The notes: generated by a model from the letters alone, not told the origin. Shown: positions 1 through 8,440, numbered from the stretch's first letter. The stretch is DNA of 39,634 bases from Bdellovibrionales bacterium (GCA_050250255.1 JBFWOZ010000027.1:1-39634), one strand, 5' to 3'. Translations and numbers: made by a program.

Positions 1-116
1 AGATTACGAAAAGAATACTTCAAATAGCGTCGCGATGATCCATCTTGCTATGTCTCAGCGGCTTGTAAAAAGAATAGCTTCGCTGGAGACGCTGTCATGA
101 CTTTTCGGACACGCTC
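1..116 (+). mobile_element. Right end of an IS5-family (IS1031-like) insertion sequence: transposase C-terminus plus terminal inverted repeat
   Basis: Frame 2 (2..100) reads DYEKNTSNSVAMIHLAMSQRLVKRIASLETLS*, matching the (K)DYE...S.AMI.LAM...L.KR C-terminus of IS5-family transposases. The stop is followed directly by cttttcggacacgctc (101..116; reverse complement GAGCGTGTCCGAAAAG), a GAG-starting end like those of the IS1031 subgroup. The left end lies outside the window. Confidence 0.75.
2..100 (+). CDS. IS5-family transposase, C-terminal fragment (5' end outside window)
   Basis: Translated by hand; open from the window edge to TGA at 98..100. Not in the ORF track. Confidence 0.75.
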   Translation, partial: DYEKNTSNSVAMIHLAMSQRLVKRIASLETLS

Positions 117-161
117 CAGAGAAGCTCGCTGTGAATTGACCTAAGTTTTAAAGGAGTAAAT

Positions 162-1172
162 ATGAAGAATATAAGAGACGATGAACTTTTGAGTTTGATC
201 AGATCTAAAGTTCAAACCGAAAGAAACCTTACGCTTGAAATTATTGAACTCCTTCAAGAAATTCGGGATCGGCGGCTTCATCTTCAGCGTGGGTATTCGT
301 CGCTTCATGAATTTTGTGTAAAAGAGTTGAAATATTCTGATGGGGCGGCTTATCGGCGGATCAAGGCGATGAAACTTGTGGAGGAGATGCCGGAAGCCAT
401 AAAGTCTATTGAGTCGGGGAGCCTTTCGCTGACAACTGCAAGCCAGTTGCAAAATGTCTTTGAATCAAAAATGAAAATGCAAACGCCTTTCACGCGTGTT
501 GAGAAGGTTGAACTTTTTCAGCAGGTGCAAAACCAATCGCGTCAGGAAGTAGAACGTACCATTTCGAAAGTTTGCCCTGATGTGGTGAAAACTTTTGAGA
601 AGGTGAGACCTATTAATGATTCGCAAGTAAAAGTGGAGCTCATTCTTGATGGAAAGCTTTATGCAAAACTTGAAAAACTTAAAAAACTCACATCACACAA
701 AAATGGAAATTTGGTTGAGCTTATTGAGCATTTGGCAGATCAAGAATTGAAGAAGTGCGATCCGGGGATGAAAGTTTTGAAACAGAGAACACGCTTAGTA
801 AAGTCGGGAAATTCCGTATCAACCTTAAAAGTAGATACTTCAGAAAACACAGCTTCGCCAGAGAAGCTCAATGCTGAATCTCATCTACCAGCACGGCCTA
901 AGCGTAATGCACGTACTCGTTATATTCCTTCAGTTGTAAAGCAAACTGTTTGGATGCGCGATCAGGGGCGCTGCGCCTTTATTGATCCGCTCACGAAGCA
1001 TAGGTGCGATTCGAATCATCGGATTCAATTCGAACATATAAAACCTTTTGCAGTTGGTGGAGAGAACACGATTCAAAATCTTAAACTTCTCTGTGCGAAT
1101 CATAATACTTTAAGTGCCGTTAAATTTTATGGACGCAGTCGGATGGAAAAATATCAGAAAAGGATGAATTAA
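162..1172 (+). CDS. HNH endonuclease with N-terminal DUF222-like helical region
   Basis: SD aaggag before ATG. C-terminal RDQGRC...C...FEHIKPFAVGG...NLKLLCANHN HNH/Zn motif. N-terminal GYSSLHEFC...YSDGAAYRRI segment typical of the myxobacterial/Bdellovibrio HNH family. Confidence 0.85.
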   Translation: MKNIRDDELLSLIRSKVQTERNLTLEIIELLQEIRDRRLHLQRGYSSLHEFCVKELKYSDGAAYRRIKAMKLVEEMPEAIKSIESGSLSLTTASQLQNVFESKMKMQTPFTRVEKVELFQQVQNQSRQEVERTISKVCPDVVKTFEKVRPINDSQVKVELILDGKLYAKLEKLKKLTSHKNGNLVELIEHLADQELKKCDPGMKVLKQRTRLVKSGNSVSTLKVDTSENTASPEKLNAESHLPARPKRNARTRYIPSVVKQTVWMRDQGRCAFIDPLTKHRCDSNHRIQFEHIKPFAVGGENTIQNLKLLCANHNTLSAVKFYGRSRMEKYQKRMN

Positions 1173-1341
1173 TTCTTTGATAACGCGGACTTATTCATCG
1201 CGCGGGCGATTCATGCTTCGTTTAAAGGAGGCGGGCGCGAACGTATCGCGCCTTGTCGCGCACTAGCCTTGTGAGCGTTTCAAACTAGTAGGTGATCGGT
1301 AATGTACTGTTTCGGTACCGTTCGAGGCACGGAGAAAAAGT

Positions 1342-1367
1342 TGTCATCTTGAGCGAAGCGAAGGATC
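1342..1367. repeat. REP-like element half copy (tgtcatcttgagcgaagcgaaggatc)
   Basis: Closely matches the widespread GTCATCCTGAGCGAAGCGAAGGATC REP-type motif as I recall it; only one copy is present in this window. Confidence 0.55.
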
Positions 1368-1467
1368 AGGGTGCTATTCAATTTTATTGACGTGGTCGGA
1401 GAGTATTCTGACAAGGAACAAGCGATGATCGTTGGCCATCGAGCTTTGGATGGAGCAGCTTTTAGAT

Positions 1468-1956
1468 TTATAAGTATGAGATTCTTCTGCCTTCAGTATC
1501 AATTCTCAGTTTAAGTTCACCACTCACTCTGTGAGAAAGTCCGCCGTGCTCGCGAAAATGAAAGGGGTCAGCTGTAACAACAAGATCAATATATCTTTTT
1601 TCTTTTAGAGTTACCACTTTCCAGCTTTTTATTGTGAAACTAAGATGAGTGTAATAGCTTGTATTAATATGTAAAGACACTCGTAGAAGTTCACCAGTAA
1701 CAAAATTATCAACAGCTTCTTGAATTTTGTTTAAAATTTTTATTTGTTGAGGGGCTTTAACTCCAGGAATAGTCGTAAATTTTTGGGAATTTTCAAATGT
1801 GACTTTGTATCTATAGCGATAGTCATCGCCAGGCTTCGTGTATCGAACCACAACCTCTGGAGATTGTGGTTTTAAGGAGCTTCCGCACATCGAGATGGCT
1901 CCGAAACAAATCTGAGGACACATGACAAGCAACGCAAAAAAATAAGAAAATTTCAT
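1468..1956 (-). CDS. Hypothetical secreted protein
   Basis: 162 aa ORF with SD aggag and an N-terminal signal peptide (MKFSYFFALLVMCPQICFGA). Confidence 0.75.
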   Translation of the reverse strand: MKFSYFFALLVMCPQICFGAISMCGSSLKPQSPEVVVRYTKPGDDYRYRYKVTFENSQKFTTIPGVKAPQQIKILNKIQEAVDNFVTGELLRVSLHINTSYYTHLSFTIKSWKVVTLKEKRYIDLVVTADPFHFREHGGLSHRVSGELKLRIDTEGRRISYL

Positions 1957-2220
1957 AGTCTGCTCCTCATTTATTAAGTAGTCTCTGTGGCTCGATTAAC
2001 GATGAATCCAAGTACAAGAAACGTTCCATGGTTATTGAAGACTTATTGGAGCTAAGGTTGAAAATATGCCGCAACCCGCAGCTTAAAGTGATTCTTGGTG
2101 CCTCTCCGCGGCACTTCGGAGCTAGTCTGAGGTCAAGGTCTTGAAATTCCTTTTTGTTCTCGACCTTTTTCCCTGCACACTAGGGATGTATTGAAATCCC
2201 CCTTATTTGTAGGAGTGTCC

Positions 2221-3528
2221 ATGCGTAGCTCAGGAAGAACTATTAACGGTCTTTTGTTGTCTTTGTCTCTACTCACAGTACTCACAAGCTGTACACATAA
2301 AGGGGAACGAAAACCTGCGAGCCAAGCACAGCAGCAAGAGAACGATGAAGTTCAGCTTGGATTTTTTGGTCAAGACGATCGCCTGCAGGCGATTCAAAAA
2401 GCGCAACTCATTCAGCGCCGGCCTATGGGTTCAATTAACATTGTGAAAGGCCCTGAGCAAAAAGCGGGTAAGAAGAACGTCCTTCGGTTTAATGATCGCG
2501 TGACCTGTCAGTTTACAAAGCCTGGCTCAGAGATGGGTGGCGCGACTCCTAAATACAAATGTGTCATCACGAAAATTGAACGTGACGGAAAAGCCGTAAC
2601 AGTTCTTCCTAACGACGAAGTGAAAGTGAAATTCGGGAAAGACAATCTCGAAATCTACGCCGAACCTGCAGCAACACGACTTTTTTGGGCTATGGGATTT
2701 TTTGCCGATACGGTGATTCCCGTAACGGTCATTTGTGAAAATTGTCCGAAGGATCCAGCGAAAGATAAAGACCCTGCCGTAGGACAAACACGTGCGGAAG
2801 AAATTGCTTTGATCGAGCGTAAATTTTCTGGTGAAACCATGGAACAATTCAACATGGAAGATCAAGGCTGGACATGGCGTGAGTTTGGTCTCAACACGAA
2901 AAATGCAGCGGCGACAAAAGATGCTCTCTCACTTCTTGCAGCTTTCGTAGGTCATGGGGATAACAAACCTCCGCAGCAACGTCTTGTCTGCAGCAAAAAT
3001 AAAATCAAAGTCGATGCGACTAACAAAAAAACCACTTGTGCAGATCCTAAAATGTTTATTCAAGACTTAGGATCTACCCTCGGAGGAGCTGGAAAGTTCA
3101 CGACGGAAACGGCAAAAATGAACTTAAAACATTGGGCCAACAAACCAGATCATACTATTTGGAAGGATTCTGCGAAGTGTGAAGCCCGTCTGTCGAAGAG
3201 CATGTCAGCCAAAGATGGAATTGGCGACCCGGTCATTAGCGAAGAAGGTCGTCGCTATTTAGGGGCGCTTCTTTGTCAGTTGAGCACTCAGCAAATCCAT
3301 GATCTTTTTAAGGTCGCACGTGTTGAGCAAATGCCTGTTTCTGATGAGGGCACCGCATTTGCCACAAATAGCATTGATAACTGGGTGAGAGTATTTAAAG
3401 AAAAACGCGAACAAATTGTAGATCGCCCGGAATGTACTTGGAATAAAAAACCTAAAACGGCAAAACCGTTTGATGCAAAAACTTGCCAAGAATTAGTTGC
3501 GCGCACACACGGAGTGAATGCTCCATGA
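2221..3528 (+). CDS. Lipoprotein with atypical protein-kinase-like motifs (HipA/CotH/PI3K-like superfamily candidate)
   Basis: Start moved to ATG 2221 (SD aggag 2211-2215). Lipobox LTSC. Ordered motifs: GGATPK (Gly loop), VKVK (beta3 Lys), EPAATRL (alphaC Glu), HGDNKPPQ (catalytic loop), QDLG (DFG equivalent). Confidence 0.7.
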   Translation: MRSSGRTINGLLLSLSLLTVLTSCTHKGERKPASQAQQQENDEVQLGFFGQDDRLQAIQKAQLIQRRPMGSINIVKGPEQKAGKKNVLRFNDRVTCQFTKPGSEMGGATPKYKCVITKIERDGKAVTVLPNDEVKVKFGKDNLEIYAEPAATRLFWAMGFFADTVIPVTVICENCPKDPAKDKDPAVGQTRAEEIALIERKFSGETMEQFNMEDQGWTWREFGLNTKNAAATKDALSLLAAFVGHGDNKPPQQRLVCSKNKIKVDATNKKTTCADPKMFIQDLGSTLGGAGKFTTETAKMNLKHWANKPDHTIWKDSAKCEARLSKSMSAKDGIGDPVISEEGRRYLGALLCQLSTQQIHDLFKVARVEQMPVSDEGTAFATNSIDNWVRVFKEKREQIVDRPECTWNKKPKTAKPFDAKTCQELVARTHGVNAP

Positions 3529-4706
3529 TCAGAGCGCCAAAACTAAAAATACTTCTTCTTTTTATCATGGCGTTCTTCTTTATGAGCTGCCAAACCTCTC
3601 CTACGAAGTCAGCACGTTCCATAGCGACGGAGACACAAGGTGGAAGACGTGTGAGCCTGGCCGCTCTCTTTCGTAAGCCGGGTTGGGAATATGTGACGGC
3701 TGGCGAGCTCTCGAAATATCAAAATCTTTGGGCTATCAGCGATATCCATGGTGAATCCGAGAAACTTGTTAAAATTTTAGTGAAAGCAGGACTTGTCACA
3801 CCCACTTGCCAGCCTACAAAATGCCAATGGAAATCTCCTAGCTCAGCGCGCGGCCAGCTTCTGATCGTTGTTGGCGATAATATCAATAAAGGTCCTGACA
3901 GCGTTGGAGTGATCAGGCTTTTAGCAGATCTACAAACACAGGCCGCTTCCAAAAAAGGAAAAGTGATTTTGCTTTTAGGAAATCACGAAGCAGAAATTCT
4001 TGCCAACCTGAAGGGCACAAACAAAGAAACTGATGAGTTAGCAAATAACGCTAACGAAACCCGCCATTTAGATTGGTTAGGTGGCGAGAGAAAACTTGGA
4101 ACAGCAATTAAATTTAGTGAATTGAGGGATGAGAGTCGCTTTGGCAGAGTATTAAGAGAATTCTCTGTTGGAGCGGTTGTTGGAACATGGATGTTCGCTC
4201 ATTCCGGCTTTATTCAATCACCGACCACCCTCCCAGCACTCACGGAGTTCATTGGGGATGTCGGGCAAAAACAAGCGGCTGGATCTGCAGCGGCGAAAAG
4301 ACAAAACTTTGAGGAGAGTCAGAGGCAATATTCTAAAATTGCTGACGAAAGAGAAACCCTAGCTTCTCTCATTTCGGAAAGGGATTGGACCAAGAAAAAC
4401 AATCCACGTGGCAGTATGAAAGAGAAGCTCGATCTCCTCGGCTTGGATGCTCTTTTCGTTGGACACGATCCTGGTGCTTTGAACGATCAAGGTCGAATTG
4501 CAATTTATGATGGTTGGCTTACAAAACTCGATGCGGGAATGAATAACGAAATGTCCTATTCAGATGGGCGCATATTAAAATGTCCTATCCCTTCAGGTGG
4601 CTCTCTTCGTTTGATGAAAGATGCAAAGGAATCCCATTGTAAACAGGTCGCCCCCGAGAGTCGCACCGTAGGCGGCGAAGTGTTAATTCCTCTCGTCGAT
4701 GAATAG
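3525..4706 (+). CDS. Lipoprotein metallophosphoesterase, Shewanella-like PPP phosphatase type
   Basis: ATG 3525 overlaps the upstream stop (ATGA), SD ggag 3511-3514. Lipobox FMSC. Motifs SDIHG, GDNINKG, LGNHE, AHSG, VGHD and LDAG ((I/L)DxG). Confidence 0.85.
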   Translation: MIRAPKLKILLLFIMAFFFMSCQTSPTKSARSIATETQGGRRVSLAALFRKPGWEYVTAGELSKYQNLWAISDIHGESEKLVKILVKAGLVTPTCQPTKCQWKSPSSARGQLLIVVGDNINKGPDSVGVIRLLADLQTQAASKKGKVILLLGNHEAEILANLKGTNKETDELANNANETRHLDWLGGERKLGTAIKFSELRDESRFGRVLREFSVGAVVGTWMFAHSGFIQSPTTLPALTEFIGDVGQKQAAGSAAAKRQNFEESQRQYSKIADERETLASLISERDWTKKNNPRGSMKEKLDLLGLDALFVGHDPGALNDQGRIAIYDGWLTKLDAGMNNEMSYSDGRILKCPIPSGGSLRLMKDAKESHCKQVAPESRTVGGEVLIPLVDE

Positions 4707-4765
4707 TCGACCAATAAGCGACGAATAAGTTTGACCTCTTTCTCCACATTGGAGATGAAATAAGT

Positions 4766-6025
4766 ATGAAGCAAGGATTCGTTGCAGGCGGTCTTTTTCA
4801 AGATTGTCTTCCATTTTCTCTCAAAGAGTCGGTACCAAAACACGGCATTTACTCAACACTTGAGGAAGAGAGAATGGCGGTGGCTTTTCGTGCTTCTATG
4901 AACTCGGTGGGCATTTGTAATCCAAATCCCGCGGTCGGAGCTGCCATTTATAAAAATCGCCAGTTGGTGGCAACTGGGTTCACTCAAAGCTACGGACAAA
5001 AACATGCAGAGCGAATGGCCATTGAATCGGCCCTAGCACAAGGGGTGGAGTTAAAAAACTGCGAACTCTATGTGACGCTTGAGCCTTGCTCTCATCAAGG
5101 GAAGCAACCTCCCTGTGCGGACTTAGTGGCTTCTATTCCTTGGCATCGTATTGTAGTGGGAAGCATTGACCCAAATCCTCTTGTAAAAGGTCAGGGATTT
5201 AAAAAAATTCAAGATGCACTAAAAACAACGGCCGTACAGCTTGGAAACTTCTCTGAAGAGATCACCGCATGGAATTATCCTTTTTTTGCCTCTCAAAAAT
5301 TACAACGGCCGGTGATCGTTGCTAAGTGGGCGCAAACTCAAGATGGAAAACTCGCCCGGAGTGATGGTTCAAGTCGGTGGATTTCGGGCCCGGCTTCTCG
5401 CGCTTACACTCATTGGCTCAGACAAAAATATGATGTGATCGCCGTTGGTCTTAATACTCTCCTCATGGATCGTCCTCAGCTTACGATCAGAGATTGTGGC
5501 GAGCCTCGACAAAATCAACCCTTGCGCCTAGTGCTCGATTTAAAGGGCCGACTTATCGATCAGGTGGAGGTATTAGAAGCTCATGAGCTTTTGAAAAATG
5601 TCGAAGCTGTGTTGGTACAAAAAGAACGAGCAAAAGATTTACGCCGTTACTTTCAAGAAGCTGAAGTGAAGGTTGAGGTCATTGAATCCCAAAGCAAAAC
5701 CTTATCGGCCCTTCAAGAAACCTCAGTGATTCAAATGTTGGGACAGCTTCGTGGACGACCTGTGAGTAGTTACTTTGTAGAGGGAGGGGCGCAGACTTTA
5801 AGTTTGTTGTTTCAAGAGAATCTTGTGGATTTAGCTCACGTTTTTATTTCTCCAGAGAACTGGGAAGAATCGCCTTATACAATTCAAGATTCTCCGGTGA
5901 TAAATTTAAACCTCAAATCCGATTGGCGCTCTTTACAGTCGGCAAAAATTCAGAGAGAAAATCCTGACGAGGTAGATCAATTACTTGAATTTTTGCCTAA
6001 GAGTTTATACCAACAAATTTTTTAG
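4766..6025 (+). CDS. ribD: Bifunctional diaminohydroxyphosphoribosylaminopyrimidine deaminase / reductase
   Basis: PNPAVGA, HAE and TLEPCSHQGKQPPC deaminase Zn motifs; KWAQTQDGK...SRWISG...R and VEGG reductase motifs. Confidence 0.93.
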   Translation: MKQGFVAGGLFQDCLPFSLKESVPKHGIYSTLEEERMAVAFRASMNSVGICNPNPAVGAAIYKNRQLVATGFTQSYGQKHAERMAIESALAQGVELKNCELYVTLEPCSHQGKQPPCADLVASIPWHRIVVGSIDPNPLVKGQGFKKIQDALKTTAVQLGNFSEEITAWNYPFFASQKLQRPVIVAKWAQTQDGKLARSDGSSRWISGPASRAYTHWLRQKYDVIAVGLNTLLMDRPQLTIRDCGEPRQNQPLRLVLDLKGRLIDQVEVLEAHELLKNVEAVLVQKERAKDLRRYFQEAEVKVEVIESQSKTLSALQETSVIQMLGQLRGRPVSSYFVEGGAQTLSLLFQENLVDLAHVFISPENWEESPYTIQDSPVINLNLKSDWRSLQSAKIQRENPDEVDQLLEFLPKSLYQQIF

Positions 6026-6039
6026 CAGGAAAATCACGA

Positions 6040-7692
6040 TTAACTTGCGAAAACTCGGTTACGACCAAGCTTCTTGGCTTTATAAAGGTTTTTATCGGCA
6101 GCCTGTAGTAAATCCTCTTTGTTTTTAAAATTCCCATCTAAAAACGTGGCAATACCGAGGCTACAAGTGCCACTTAAGATGGCATCGTTGTCGGAGTTCA
6201 GTTTTTTAAATCTCTGGGATTGGAAGGTGGTACGAATTCGTTCACCAATTTGTTGAGCTAATTCTGTATCCGTATTGGTTAATACAAGAGCAAATTCGTC
6301 TCCACCATAACGAGCAACAATATCACTGCGTCGAGTGGCCGATACAAGAATTTGTGCTAATTCTCGAATCACAAGATCACCTTGTAAATGTCCGTACTCA
6401 TCGTTAAAGCGCTTATAAAAATCGATATCCATAATGATCAATGAGAGTGGCTGATTTTTTTTACGATGCTCTTCGAAAAGTCGAGTGAGGGACTCCTGAA
6501 AGTAACGATGGTTATAAACTCCCGTTAATCCATCTCGAGAAGCCAATTCTTGAGCGTGATGAAGTTCTCCCTCATGATCTTTTAATCTTTTCCCTAGGGC
6601 GGAACAGTAATCCGTCCATTGAGCCATTTCATCGGTTCCCTTCGCTCTCTCTGATACATAATAGTTTCCAGAGAGCATGTTTTCAAGAATGCTGGTGAGG
6701 TGTCCAATAGGAGTGGTGACCCACTTGTGTGAGAAAAAATAACCCATGAGCCAAATTAGGAGTGTGGCAAAAAGAATAAATCCGAGCGTATCCATAGTAA
6801 AAATATTTTGCGCAGGAAAAAACGAAGAAAGATTCACCTCAGTCACATACATCAGATTGTCTCCGAGTTTATGAAAGTAAGCGAGATAAGAAGGCTTTTC
6901 TGTAAGTTCCGAAGCAGGATCTACCGTATGTTCATGCTCAATCAACCCAAAGGACGAAGTTTGATTTTTTAAGTTAAGAAAGAGATGAAGATTTCGTTCT
7001 TTTGTTCTCGTTGTGTGTATTTTTTTTTGTGCGATAATATCGCCGGTTTGATTATAGATCGTGTGTTCAAAAGGCGTTTGTTGAGAAGTTGTTTGAAAAA
7101 AGAGAGGGTCGACAAAAAACAATCCAATGAGATTTCTTTTATTTGAAATTTCAAAGATAAAAAACGAGGGATAATCAGAGGAGAATTCCGAATAGTAATT
7201 AAGAGAGCTAGGGTCATTGTAGCGGTAGTTTTTAATTTTCTCTTTAGCTAGAGAGCGGAGTGACTCTTCTTCCCAAGGGAGTTCTAATTGGGTCGTTGCA
7301 GGATGTGGGGAGCTGTTGAGAATCGTGAGAACTTCTTTTTTAATGCGACTTCTTGTGGAATCCATTTCCAGGATTTGGAAGAATTTTAACGAAGAATTTT
7401 TTTGTACAAGAATGGAAATATCTACTTTTTTAGCCGAAGGGTTCTGCTCGCCAATCAAAGAAAGAATATTTGTCATATCCTGTTTGAGTGCTTTGATTTT
7501 TTCTGAAATGCCCGCGGCTTCCGAACTCCCTATGGCCAGAAGAGATTGGGAGAGAAATTGTTGTTTCTCTACATTATATTTCTTTTGGGAATAGAGGGAA
7601 TGGGAAACAATGGAGAGGACCGCTACGGCTAATATCAAAAGGGAGACTTTGCTCCCAATGGACATTCTAATTTGCCGAATTTGTTTTTTCAT
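6040..7692 (-). CDS. Membrane sensor diguanylate cyclase (periplasmic domain-HAMP-GGDEF)
   Basis: Two hydrophobic TM segments, a HAMP-like segment, RDGLTGVYN, DIDFYK, RxxD I-site (RRSD) and intact GGDEF. Confidence 0.92.
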   Translation of the reverse strand: MKKQIRQIRMSIGSKVSLLILAVAVLSIVSHSLYSQKKYNVEKQQFLSQSLLAIGSSEAAGISEKIKALKQDMTNILSLIGEQNPSAKKVDISILVQKNSSLKFFQILEMDSTRSRIKKEVLTILNSSPHPATTQLELPWEEESLRSLAKEKIKNYRYNDPSSLNYYSEFSSDYPSFFIFEISNKRNLIGLFFVDPLFFQTTSQQTPFEHTIYNQTGDIIAQKKIHTTRTKERNLHLFLNLKNQTSSFGLIEHEHTVDPASELTEKPSYLAYFHKLGDNLMYVTEVNLSSFFPAQNIFTMDTLGFILFATLLIWLMGYFFSHKWVTTPIGHLTSILENMLSGNYYVSERAKGTDEMAQWTDYCSALGKRLKDHEGELHHAQELASRDGLTGVYNHRYFQESLTRLFEEHRKKNQPLSLIIMDIDFYKRFNDEYGHLQGDLVIRELAQILVSATRRSDIVARYGGDEFALVLTNTDTELAQQIGERIRTTFQSQRFKKLNSDNDAILSGTCSLGIATFLDGNFKNKEDLLQAADKNLYKAKKLGRNRVFAS

Positions 7693-7727
7693 ACGGATCC
7701 ATCTCTCAAAGAGGGTGTTCCTTTAAA

Positions 7728-8381
7728 TTAACGTCGCGCCATGACTCGATTTTTTGTGCTCTCAACCTGAAGCTCAATGTGAGCAATAGACTTCTCAAGT
7801 TTGCTATTTTCAGAAACTTTTTTAGCGCGCTTTTTCTCTGATTTGCGGAATTCCGATTTCCATTTTGCTAATTGCATTTGTGCCCGTTTTTTTCTATGCA
7901 TAAGATCGCGATTCTCTTTTTCAACTTTTTTTACACTCTTCTTAACTTGGCTTAAAAGAGAGCGAGAGTCTTTTTCCTGATTTTCAATAGATCTTACCTT
8001 GCCACGAAGTTGTTCAATTTTAGCGATTTTTTGTGCGCTCTGTGATTGCCATTTGCGAAGTTCTTTTTGAACTTGAGCTAAATCTTTTTGCTCGTGACGA
8101 AGCTTTTCAACTAGTCGTTCGATTTGTTTCTTTTGTTGTTCGTTCTGCCGTCTTAAAGACGCAAGACGAGCTGTTTCTTTTCTTTGCTCATGCCGAACTC
8201 GATTCGATTCCTCTTTTGCCATAGCTTTTTGAGAAATTTGTTCGTCAAGCTTACTTGCTTCAAATTCTGAGTCCAACTTGTAGTTATTGAGCTCATCAAC
8301 TTCGAAGTCCTCGCTAGCAAATACATTTGGCGATGTTAACAGCGCCAAAATCAAAACAGGGCAAAGTAATAGGTTTTTCAT
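7728..8381 (-). CDS. Secreted long coiled-coil protein
   Basis: Start moved to ATG 8381 (SD gaggag). Signal peptide ending VFA, followed by a K/E/Q/R-rich heptad-like sequence. Confidence 0.75.
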   Translation of the reverse strand: MKNLLLCPVLILALLTSPNVFASEDFEVDELNNYKLDSEFEASKLDEQISQKAMAKEESNRVRHEQRKETARLASLRRQNEQQKKQIERLVEKLRHEQKDLAQVQKELRKWQSQSAQKIAKIEQLRGKVRSIENQEKDSRSLLSQVKKSVKKVEKENRDLMHRKKRAQMQLAKWKSEFRKSEKKRAKKVSENSKLEKSIAHIELQVESTKNRVMARR

Positions 8382-8423
8382 GCATTTTCTCCTCAAACGT
8401 TCAATGTGCAACAGTCGCTTCTA

Positions 8424-8440
8424 TGGCAATCGCGGGACCG
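8424..8440 (-). promoter_or_regulatory. sigma54-type -24/-12 promoter candidate
   Basis: Minus strand cGGtcccgcgattGCca, GG-N10-GC with TTGC, about 45 nt upstream of ATG 8381. Confidence 0.55.

Noticed and set aside
162..1172. HNH gene as IscB/Cas9-like or restriction-system nuclease
   Set aside because: No RuvC motifs, PLMP start, CRISPR array or methyltransferase is visible; the architecture fits the DUF222-like HNH family.
2098..2121. Overlapping alternative hairpins (gtgcc/ggcac versus ctccg/cggag) as a riboswitch
   Set aside because: The stems are only 5 bp and match no aptamer consensus I recognise.
4707..4765. FMN riboswitch before ribD
   Set aside because: The intergenic gap is 59 nt and has no RFN consensus.
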